A stretch of DNA of 64,000 nucleotides, from the NCBI GenBank assembly GCA_964019335.1, contig OZ025679.1, positions 62,001 through 126,000 on the forward strand, read 5' to 3'. Each line of letters starts with the position of its first letter. Position 1 is the first letter of the stretch. Source of the DNA: Diplonema japonicum. Taxonomy: Eukaryota > Protista > Euglenozoa: Diplonemea. Position numbers and translations under genes: made by a program. This document shows, one piece after another, positions 22,476-32,127 of this stretch. Under the pieces are notes generated by a model. It worked only from the letters and a program-made list of their open reading frames with translations, was not told the origin of the DNA and did no database searches.

Positions 22476-25400
22476 TTGTACAACTACCGAAAGGCAGACT
22501 GGGAAGCGTTCCAGAACTTTGTAGACGGGAGGCTTCGAGGGCTGGACGGTTGCAAACGGGTCACGACCTTCGCCAAGAGGATCCAAGAAGCCCTGAGCGA
22601 AGCCGCAACAAGGCACATACCTCGGCACGGGTGTTTCACCGAGAGGAAGCCATGGTGGAACAGCGAACTGGACACGGCCTTTGAAGAAAGGGACACCATC
22701 CTCAGGGGGGAATCCGAAGATCACGCAGGGCTCGCTGGGCTCAACAATGCAGTCAACGAGACGGTGAAGGCATCCAAAGAGAAGTCATGGAGGAGCCTCT
22801 GCTCCAAGTTCAGCTCCTCCAAGAACTTGCCTGCGGCATTCAAGGCAGTCAAGGAGCTCGACGGCAGGTCATGGAGGCCACCGATGCCCCCCCTTCAACA
22901 CGGCGACACTCTTCTCACAGGCAACAAGGCTAGGGCCGATCGTCTCGGACGCTACTACGAGACGATCTGCGGAGACGACACTGTCCCTGGTCTCGACACA
23001 ACAGGACAGACGCAGGAACCCTACGAGGGCGGAACGGGCTACTTCACGATGGACGAACTGCTGAGACAACTGCTCAGGACGAGAACGAAGAGTGCTGCAG
23101 GCGACGATGGAGTCTTCAACGTGATGCTGATGCGTCTGGGTAGGGAATCCCTGAGAATCGTTCTACAGCTGTTCAATCTCTCCTGGGCGAGCGGGCAAGT
23201 TCCGGACACGTGGAAACTGGCACTAGTCGTCTCGATCCCGAAGCCGGGCAAAGACCCCACGAAGATTGAGTCCTACCGCCCCATCAGCCTGACGAGCTGC
23301 CTCGGCAAGCTCATGGAAAGGATGGTCGAGGCCCGCGTGACGTATCTACTTGACTCCCCGACAACGATGGTAGAGGGACTTCACCCCGCCCAGGCTGGCT
23401 TCAGGAAAGGGAGGTCCACCGAGGAGCAGGTTGCCGCCATCGTGCAGCATGTGACGATAAAAAGGAACGCCGAAGTTAAGGAGGCATGCCTCACCATACT
23501 CTTTGACTTCTCAAAGGCGTTCGACAGGGTCAACCACTCAGAAGATGTCTCAGAAGCGCTTCCCCACGGCCTACACCAGGTGGGTTTCCTCCTTCCTAAC
23601 GTCCAGAACAGCGAGGGTAGTCGTGGAGGGTGTCAAGGGGACCCCTTACAAAATCAAGAGTGGCGTGCCTCAAGGTTCTGTACTCGGTCCAGTGCTGTTC
23701 ACCATCTTCGTGGACGACCTAGCGAGGGAACTTGAGGGTCTGGCTGGGCTCTCCACGATCTACGCGGACGACGTCGCGGTAGTAGTCTCTGCCACAACAA
23801 GGACTGAGCTCGAGGCCAGGGCCACGGCGGTAGTGGGTGCAGTCGAAGACTGGTGTACACGATGGGGGATGCAGTTGAGCAGGGAGAAGACGCTGTACGT
23901 CCCCACCCCCAAATGCGAACCGTACGACTTCCACGTCTACTTCCCCTCGACCGGGGCGACGCATCCGGGCTTCGAATTCCAGCCGCTGGAGCTCAAGGGC
24001 CGACTCATCGCCGGGGGACCTACTCACCTGATCGGGAGGAGGCTCCTGTCCGTTAACCGCACGGCCACGACACGACGCGACGTCTCTGCACTCGTCTCCA
24101 AAGGGCTGGTGTATGAATTCTCCACGGCCGTCCCCGTCGCGAGGCGTGACAGGGCCAAGTATCTAGGGGTCATCCTTGACGCTGACTTGTCTTTCGGTGC
24201 CCATGCCCGCGACATCATCGAGAGATACGACAAACGAATTCGCATACTGCGGCTCCTCTCCGGCTCGTCCTGGGGCAGTTCCGCAGCATCACTCAGGTCC
24301 TTGTACCTGGCCTACGTCCTACCGGTGTTCACCTACTCGATTGGCATCTTCTTCGCACTGATGTCTGCTCAAGACAGGAAGGCACTGTGCATGAGGCACG
24401 ATGAGGCAGCCCGACGAATCACGGGGTGCGTCAAGAACACCTCCACCTCGGCTGTACTGTGTGAGGCCCGCTTGCGCCCGCTCGACCTGATGGCCGACGC
24501 TGCTTCTGCCATTCTACTGCAGAGGGCACTGAGGTGGGTGGGAACCCCGGTGAACAGGGTGGTCAGGGGTGCAGCTACCGCAGGATGGGCCTTGGGAGCG
24601 CTGAAGGCGACGAGGAGTTCTGGGCTGAGTGCGGTTGCTTCCCTACCGCTAGGGCCTGATACGAGAGCCCCCCCCTGGGCGGAAGGCATCCACGTCGATC
24701 CCTACGCCACCGACACCAGGAGGACACTCCCCGACGATGTGAGGGCGGCAGCGGCTGCGGAAAAGCTGGACGAGATCCCAAGCGGCGCTCTGGTAGTGTA
24801 CACGGACGGCTCGGTGATAAGGGGGAGAGGGGGAGCTGGGGTTGCCCTCAGAGTCCCCGACATGGACCTCACCCTTACCACCTCTCACGGGGCCGGCATG
24901 GTCTCCACACCCATGTGCGCCGAGGGCACCGCTATCCTGATGGGGTTGAAGGAGGCTGCGGAGGTGTACAAAACGGTCGTGAACCTGAGGGGCCGCCCTC
25001 TCTACCTGCTGACCGACTCACAGACGATGCTGCGGAGGCTCGCTGGAGGCCCCGGACAGCAGAGGGAGTCCACGGACAGACGGATCTGGGATGCCGCTTC
25101 CTGGCTCAGGGCCAAACGCTCTGGTGATGTGCACTTCTGGTACATCCCCTCCCACTGCGGTGTGACGGGGAACGAGCTCGCCGACGGAGCGGCCAGGGAC
25201 GGGCTGTCGAAGTCGCCTTGCGGGGTTAGCTACCGCTCCAGCAAGGCGGCCATAAAAGCGTGGCTGAGAGGAAGGTCGCGTGCGAGATACAACAGCGACT
25301 CCCCCGGCCACCACCGCCTCGTCACCGGTGGCGAATGTCTCTCTCTCCCACCACTCAGTAGGAGGGATGAGGTCCTGATCATTCGGCTCCGGACCGGACA

Positions 25401-25692
25401 CACGCCTTTGAATAGGGGGTACCTCCAGCTCAAGGGACCCCTGAGGGCTGAGGGGAGTCATCACCTCACCTGCCCCGCCTGCAACGTTCAATCACCGCTC
25501 GACGCTGATCACCTGCTGAGGGGCTGTCATTCTCTGGCTCCCACAGCTAAGTCCTTCTACGACACTGGGCTGCCGCTCCGCGCGCTGCTTTCCAAGCACT
25601 CCGCCGAGGTCTGCGCCTTCATCGAGGCCTCCGGGCTCTTATCATGGTCTGAGTGTGGGATCTTCCCCCCGGCCGACGCAGCACAAGGGTGA
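22476..25692 (+). pseudogene. Disrupted RT-RNase H ORF: no endonuclease domain, frameshift at ~23540
   Basis: ORF 22476-23735 carries the RT N-half to FDRVNH; the protein continues in the frame of ORF 23503-25692 (QKMSQKRFP...). Confidence 0.9.
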
Positions 25693-26049
25693 TCGTGAGC
25701 CCATTATAGACCCCCCCCCTACCCCTTTGTCCCCCCCCCCCCCCCCCCCCACACACACACTCACACGCAAATGGGCCAAGAAACAACCTCCCGGGAGGCA
25801 GCCACAGGGAAGGCCGGGAGGGCGCAGGGCGCAGCAAGAGAACGCCCCTGCGTTCAGCCTCGAGGGGACCGCCCCGAATGTAATCAGCCAGGTCGGCTGT
25901 CCCAGGAAGGGGGAACGGAGCACCGAAGGGAAGGTTCAGCCCACGTGGTGGCCCTCTCGGTTACTCCAGACAAAAGACTGGACACACCCCACACCCCTCC
26001 CCCCACCCCCAGTTTCCCCCCAGTGGTTATTATTGCAAAAAAAAAAAAA
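22476..26049 (+). mobile_element. 5'-truncated non-LTR retrotransposon (Ingi/I-group-like: RT, RNase H, C-terminal Cys/His motif) with poly-A tail and TSD
   Basis: RT motifs YRPISLTS, QAGFRKGRST, DFSKAFD, GVPQGSVLGP, YADD and KYLGV. RNase H motifs YTDGS, AE..AI, TDSQ and PSHCGVTGNELAD. Also LRTGH...CPAC...HLL..C. TSD AAAAAACTAGGGCGAG at 22460-22475 and 26044-26059. Confidence 0.95.
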
Positions 26050-26053
26050 CTAG

Positions 26054-26135
26054 GGCGAGATGGCCGAGCGGTCTAAGGCGTTGCGTTTAGGCCGCAATAT
26101 CTCCGGATGCGTGGGTTCAAACCCCACTCTCGTCA
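26054..26135 (+). tRNA. trnL: tRNA-Leu(TAG)
   Basis: GGCGAGA/TCTCGTC acceptor, TGGCCGAGCGGTCTAAGGC D arm, TTGCG-TTTAGGC-CGCAA, long variable arm, GTGGG-TTCAAAC-CCCAC; T-run terminator. Confidence 0.96.
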
Positions 26136-26186
26136 CTTTTTCTTTTTTTGCCTTAACAATTGCCTCAAGGAATAAAAAAAAAAAAA

Positions 26187-26299
26187 GAGGGGTCAGTGGC
26201 TAAGCCATTCGGTTCTGTCACGAATCGCGGAAATCCCTTGAATTAATCCCATAGTTTGGAGCCACACAGGCCCTTTCGGGTATGACCTCTTGAAATACC
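26187..26299. ncRNA. Unidentified 113-nt structured multicopy sequence, copy 2
   Basis: See copy 1; begins 52 nt downstream of the tRNA-Leu 3' end. Confidence 0.45.
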
Positions 26300-27533
26300 T
26301 TTTTTAATAATAATAATAATAATAAATGTACCACTGTCGTGCGAAGCTAAAGGCTGGGGGGGGAGGGATAGGGCAGGAGGCCTGAAGGGCCTCCTACAAG
26401 TGAAAGGGGGAACAAGAGGGGCTGACAAATTTTTTGTAAAAGTTTAAAGACAACAGCACCCTTTGGCCGAACCTCCGGGATTTCAAGGTGTGGGGTACCT
26501 CGTCAGTGCTCGTAGGCACACCGGCACGGAGGCATCCCCTTCAGCCGGTTTTGTTGGGCTGTGGAGCCTTTGGAAAATAAAAATGTAAGGAAAACATAAC
26601 CAGAGAGGAAGAAAGAAGTTGGGGTGCACGACAGGGCAAAATAAAAAGGGAAGACATGGGGGATGAGAGTACTATTACTAAAAAAGTTTAAATCTACTTC
26701 TACTTCTTGCCGGCCCGGCACAGCACGCCTCGCACCCAGCAGCACACGCCACGCAGACAGACCAGCGCACCTCCACCGCCACCAGTTCTCTTCCAGTGTC
26801 CCCGTGCACCCCACCGTCGATCCGTTTATCTGTACCCAGTTCGGCTACCGATCTGTCTGGCCTTCCAGTTGCGACAGGGCGGTCATTGCCTGAAGGGCGC
26901 CGGGATCAACACTGTGGCCTCCACTCCGCGCGAGACCGGTCTCAGCCTCACGTCCCTCGGATGGGGAACGCTGGAACACTGGGCGACGCCGCCGCCCGCA
27001 TCACACCACAACACAGCGGAACCAGCACAAACAAACCGTACGCCACTCACCAGCGACACCAGCCACAACCCACCGCTCCTGTTCACCCCACCGTTGTCCG
27101 AGTACCTGTACCCAGTTAGCCTGTGTCCTGACTGGCCTTTCAGTTGGGGCAGGACTGACAACGCTACAAGGGCGCCGGGAACAACCTGTGGCCTCCACTG
27201 TGCGCGAGATCGGTCTCAGCCTCTCGACGCTGGTGGAATGAACAGGAACGGTGGGTGTCACCGCCGCACGCAACCACGCACACGCCGCGCGATGGGAGAG
27301 AATGCCTTTTGCTCAGACCGAGTCTGAGTGGTCTTACACCCCCGCTACCGGTGCCCCGATAGCGGCTTGTGCCAAACAGGCCGACTTCGCTCCAGCACCC
27401 TCCCCGACACGCCTTCGCGCTTTCGCACCACAGCCCTCCCTGGCCTGCGGTCCCAGGGGCCACCACGAGGAGGACAGCGCAGGATACTTCACACCATGTT
27501 GTTGTTCTTTTTTTTATGTGTACCCCAACCCCC
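26300..27533 (-). mobile_element. ~1.23-kb non-autonomous retroposon with 5' HDV-like ribozyme and (ATT)n-A tail
   Basis: The minus-strand 5' end coincides with the ribozyme G1. The 3' end reads ...CAGTGGTACATTTATTATT...AAAAAA. Flanked by direct repeats 26156-~26317 and 27534-~27693; no credible ORF. Confidence 0.7.
27416..27533 (-). ncRNA. HDV-like self-cleaving ribozyme (predicted)
   Basis: Minus strand: P1 GGGGGTT/GGCCCCT, hairpin-forming J1/2, P2 TGCGCT/AGCGCG, P3 (G)TCC/GGT (imperfect), L3 TCCTCGT, P1.1 GG, P4 ACCGCAG/CTGTGGT, J4/2 GCGAA. Confidence 0.75.
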
Positions 27534-27563
27534 ACAATTGCCTCAAGGAATAAAAAAAAAAAA

Positions 27564-27676
27564 GAGGGGTCAGTGGCTAAGCCATTCGGTTCTGTCACGA
27601 ATCGCGGAAATCCCTTGAATTAATCCCATAGTTTGGAGCCACACAGGCCCTTTCGGGTATAACCTCTTGAAATACC
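27564..27676. ncRNA. Unidentified 113-nt structured multicopy sequence, copy 3
   Basis: One substitution relative to copy 2 (TATAACC versus TATGACC). Confidence 0.45.
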
Positions 27677-28585
27677 TTTTTAATAATAATAATTATTCCA
27701 CTACCAGGCGGGGGGGATGGGGGGCGGAGAAAGTTGAAACCATAAAAATTGGGAAGGGAAGGTTAAAAACAGTCTCTCTTACTGAGCCATATCGGGGGGG
27801 ACCTCTTGCTCGTTTGCTCGACCTCTTGTATATTTTCCTGGGGCCCCCGACATCCACCTTTCTTATTTTTTCCCCATTCCCCCGCCACGCAGCTCTTGGG
27901 CCTCGAAGGCTTCGGCTGTCACCAAATAAAGACAACCCCAAATATTAAAGGACGGCGATGAGATCCCTAATTTTGATTTATCCAGCCACAGGGACCCCAC
28001 CATCTGCTGGTTTTGTTGGGCTGTGGGAGCCTAAAATATAAATTTGAAAAGGAAATGTAAAAGGAAAAGTCAAGTTCAGAACTCAACTTCCACAAAGAAG
28101 GGAGGAATGCATAACTAGAAAAGGAGCCTGGTAGGGAAAATAAAAAGAAAGGGAAACCAATGGGGGAGGGGGAAAAAGAATTACTGGTTACTATTTCTAT
28201 AAAAAAAACCCCCCTTCTCAGCTGCGAAAGATGTTTTTCCAACGAGACTCCCTATCGCGTAATGACGCGGGCGCACCAGGTAGGCCGGCGAGTGCTGTGG
28301 AGTCAATCGTCAGCGGGGAGGAAGAGGTTGTGAGAGGCGAAGTAGAGGAGGGGGACACGTTGGCAGATAACCCACCGGCCTTGGGCTTTCCCCGTGTGCG
28401 ACAGGTCACACAATGGTGTTCCTTACACCCCTATGCGGTTCTGCCTGCCTACCCACCAGAAGTCGGACCTTCACCGAGAGACTGTGTCACACAATGGACT
28501 TACATCCCTTGAGGTGGTCCACCGTACTTGACGCCTCCGCTCCGATTCTCTCTCCGCGGGAACCCAGCCTACAACTCTGGCCTAC
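27677..28585 (-). mobile_element. Second, diverged and probably truncated retroposon-like unit with (ATT)n-A tail
   Basis: Shares GGTTTTGTTGGGCTGTGG and downstream A/G-rich blocks with 26546-26700. Tail abuts GGTATTTC; ATACCTTTTT recurs at 28586-28595 as a possible TSD. Confidence 0.5.
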
Positions 28586-28885
28586 ATACCTTTTTTTGAT
28601 TTATCCAGCCACAGCGCGGCATTTCTGATGAATATCTATCATTTTCCCGAGGTTAGGATGGTAAGTTTGTTTCTGCATAGATTTCAGGTACTAAACCGTT
28701 GTCACTGTATTTTTTCAGATAAAGGAAACATTTCCCTTTCTTCTCAGAGGGAAACGTGTTCCTTCTTAGGAAAACGTTTCCTTATTTTCAAAAAAAAAGC
28801 TTGAAAACGCGTTTCCTTGCCGGGGTCTTTTTTTTGAAATCGACTCTCGAGGCATAAGCCCTCTATCCCCTATAACCTCCTGAGC

Positions 28886-29706
28886 ATGGTTCGAACGTTT
28901 GCAAACATTTTAGACCAAAGAAATCAGCGAAGAGTCAGCCCGTCCTGGCTTCAAAGTTACTCTCAAACCACCACACCAACTACAGGAAGAGATAATCGAC
29001 AACTTAGAAAACACTGTAAAACTATCAAAAGCGGAACAAAAGCAGCAGCAGAACGAGATCGATTCCTTGAACAAGCAGCTCGGCAAGGCGCGAAGTGGCG
29101 CAGAAAGCCTGGAACAAGAGGTATCGAAGAACATAAGCGTTAAAATGCACCAAACAGAACCGAAAATTGCAAGAAAAAGTAAAAAAAGCGATTGAAAACC
29201 AAACCGTAGGGCTTGAAGAAGCCGCCGAAGCGGAGAAAGAGAGGCAGCAGGAGTTGTTTTCGTTAGGAGAGAAACATGAGAAGGTGTTGTTGACAGCTAA
29301 AGAGGAAAGGGAAAAAGAAAAAAAAGAGATACTTGGAAAGTTGAAGCAAGCGGAAGAAGATTATGAAAACGAGAAAAAAATGAATGAGGTGCTTCTGATC
29401 GAAGTGAAAGAAACGAAGGAAAATGCTAACGAAGCAAGACAACAGTTAAGCGATGCTCTGGGCAGGATGCGCAACACAGTGCGGAATACAATCCAGGTGT
29501 CGGAGTTTGAAAAAATGCAGCAACATGCAATGCAGCTCCAGCACGAAAACCACATTCTGAGAACTAAACTTCTCCCTGCACCCCAGACACCACCATCCAA
29601 TACGCGTGACATTGCTCCTCACCGTCATCCTCATCCTCATCCTCGGAACAACCTCTCTCCCCTTAGCCCCGACATGCTCTCCTGTTCGTCTGCCTCTCCT
29701 GCTTGA
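28886..29706 (+). CDS. Coiled-coil protein exons 28886(or 28859)-28933, 28986-29120 and 29158-29706; possibly the 3' part of the gene starting at 21570
   Basis: Phase-0 introns 28934-28985 (GTCAG...CAACTACAG) and 29121-29157 (GTATC...CAAACAG) give a continuous heptad-rich reading: ...QRNQRR|EEIIDNLE...LEQE|NRKLQEKV... Confidence 0.7.
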
Positions 29707-29789
29707 TGTACACGTTTGTATTATTCTTAGATTTCCTATTTTTTCGTTTTCTTTCCCACCATTGCATACTGCTTTAATAAGGTACCAGG

Positions 29790-31628
29790 ATGCTCACGGC
29801 GGTCCTTTGCAGCGTATTGGCGGCAAACCCGACCAAGACCACCCCCGACGGTGTTGTTGAAGGGATCACACAAAACAATTATGACGTGTTTAGAGGCATC
29901 CCGTATGCGAAGCCTCCTGTTCGCAATCTACGGTTCAAGGCCCCTGTGCCTGCGGCCGCCTGGGGGGGTGTGCTCGATGCGACGAATTTTGGAGCCAGCT
30001 GTTCGCAACCAGGGTCGGCAGGGACAGGGTTCCCTCCGGGGTGGCCGAGCATCAACGTGACGGTCTCTTCAGAAGATTGCTTGTTCGTCAACGTGTTCAC
30101 CCCATCGGGACTGACGGAGGGGAGCAACGCAGCTGTGATGGTGTACTTCCATGCTGGTGAGTTCGAATACGGGTCGTCGAACGATGTAGAGAACAATTTC
30201 CCCTACTTCACAAAGGACAACATATTGGTCACAGCCAACAGTAGGCTGGGTGTCCTAGGCTACACGGGCTTCTCTGGCCTTGCAAAAGAAGACCCCAGTG
30301 GTATGACAGGCAACTACGGAACGCTCGACCAGCAACTAATCCTCAAATGGGTACATCGGTCCATTAGTTCTTTCGGAGGAGACCCAACTCGTGTGGCCAT
30401 CTTCGGTGAGTCCTCAGGAGGTTCTAGCGTTGCGTTTCACTTAACATCGAAGACCAGCTGGCCATACTTCCAAAGGGCTATACTAGAGTCCCCTGGCGTG
30501 ACGCAGACAAAACAACTCTCTCACGCCGAGGACAACGCGAGGTACTTGATTTCGAACCTCGCCGTTCTTAAGAGCACTAACTGCGTCTTATCAAAGCCGA
30601 TACAGTACCAGGCCTTCCCCGGGCACGCTGTTGGGTGGCACAACAACTACACGAAAGCAACCCTCGATGAGTTGAAGGCTCAGTGCACAGCGGACTCGAA
30701 GTGCATGCTTGTTGTTTATGACTACGTCAACAAGCAGGGGAGGCTCAGCCACGAAGGGTCCCCTGTTATGCCGTCAACCACGATGGACATCCACGTGAAA
30801 TGGGCGAACATGAGTTTGGGTGCTGAGTGCTTGCGTAGTGCTGATGTGAACGAGATGATCAAGCTGACCGGGGGAGGCGAGGGCATATGGGGTGATACTT
30901 TCAACACCGACAAGTACGCACCTGTGATCGACGGTGCAGTGTTGAACGCGTCCCTCCAAGCATTGGTCCGAGAAGGGCAGTTGGCCAATGTCCCGATCAT
31001 ATCCGGGTCTAACATGGACGAAGGGACAATGTTCATGGAGCTGGTGCCGCATATTGCCTGCAATGCTAGTTACGAAGACTACTCAGCATGGTGCCTGAAG
31101 CAGTTCGGAACAGAACTTGGAAACCAGCTGCCGTCTCTTTACAAAAATCTCAACGAGCCGCTTCCTTACTGTTACGGAGGGGACAACACGGACAGGGCCA
31201 ACAACTACTGGTACATGGCAGCGATGCGGACAGCGGGTGACAGTGCAATCCTTTGCAGAGGCAAGGAGATCTTAGAGACGGCAACACAACCTTCGTACCA
31301 GTACTACTTTACACACACACCGAACTACTCTATGAACTATAATAATATCCCGTATCTTGGAGCCTTCCATGGCGCCGAGGTCCCGTTTGCGTTTGGAGAC
31401 CAATTCGAGATGACAACACCTGCTGAGCGTGTTCTCACGGCAGAGATGGGCTGCTTTTGGTCGAACTTTGCACAGACAGGTGATCCCAATAAAGGGACCC
31501 AGCAATGCTCTTACACATGGCCGTCTTTCAAGGACGAAGGGTCGTACCTGGTGCTCACGAACACGTCACTTGTCGCGCTCAAAGGCCTGCAACAGAAGCA
31601 ATGCGATCTTTTCCGAAACTACCCGTAG
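29790..31628 (+). CDS. Secreted type-B carboxylesterase/cholinesterase-family hydrolase
   Basis: Signal peptide; FRGIPYAKPP, SEDCLFVNV, GNYGTLDQ, FGGDP..V.IFGESSG (nucleophile Ser), GSNMDEG and FHGAE. Confidence 0.95.
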   Translation: MLTAVLCSVLAANPTKTTPDGVVEGITQNNYDVFRGIPYAKPPVRNLRFKAPVPAAAWGGVLDATNFGASCSQPGSAGTGFPPGWPSINVTVSSEDCLFVNVFTPSGLTEGSNAAVMVYFHAGEFEYGSSNDVENNFPYFTKDNILVTANSRLGVLGYTGFSGLAKEDPSGMTGNYGTLDQQLILKWVHRSISSFGGDPTRVAIFGESSGGSSVAFHLTSKTSWPYFQRAILESPGVTQTKQLSHAEDNARYLISNLAVLKSTNCVLSKPIQYQAFPGHAVGWHNNYTKATLDELKAQCTADSKCMLVVYDYVNKQGRLSHEGSPVMPSTTMDIHVKWANMSLGAECLRSADVNEMIKLTGGGEGIWGDTFNTDKYAPVIDGAVLNASLQALVREGQLANVPIISGSNMDEGTMFMELVPHIACNASYEDYSAWCLKQFGTELGNQLPSLYKNLNEPLPYCYGGDNTDRANNYWYMAAMRTAGDSAILCRGKEILETATQPSYQYYFTHTPNYSMNYNNIPYLGAFHGAEVPFAFGDQFEMTTPAERVLTAEMGCFWSNFAQTGDPNKGTQQCSYTWPSFKDEGSYLVLTNTSLVALKGLQQKQCDLFRNYP

Positions 31629-32127
31629 AAGACCCGAGACGCTTCCGAAAATGCCTTCCTTCTTCGAAACAGTCTCTCCCACCCAATTAATTCAATGTAT
31701 TGTTCCATCCCCAGCCCTAACGTTTGTATTTTTTTTTTTCTCTCTTTTGTTCAAAGGAGCAAAAAGAAAAAAAAAAGAGGAAATAGAAAAAAAAGAGAAA
31801 ACAAAAACGGAGAGAAATGAAGGTGTGTCGTAACGGGTGTTGATGAGAATGGCAACATCTGCAACAAGTCTCTCTATCGAATAGTGTGCTTCCCCTTTGT
31901 CTTTTTTTTACTATGAAAAAAAATCTCTTTTTGTTTGTGTGTTGTTGTTTCCCAGGAGAATTAAAATATTATTCAAATATCATTCTCTTTTTTTGGGGGG
32001 GGGTTCAGTTTTTGGTTTTCTGGTAAGCCGGGGCCAGCAAATCAAAAAGGTTATTTTGTGGGCATTTTATGCGGACAGGCTCATATATTATTTATTTGTT
32101 TACGCGGTGATTCTTTCAGCAGGCAAC

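Noticed and set aside
26470-26530. Hammerhead-like core on the minus strand (CTGACGAG...GAAA)
   Set aside because: Stem II has two extra Ts before GAAA, the would-be cleavage triplet is GTG, and stem III pairs poorly. At best a degenerate relic.
26663-27623. ORFs inside the 1.23-kb element
   Set aside because: Short, overlapping, GC-rich and motif-free; the element is better explained as non-coding.
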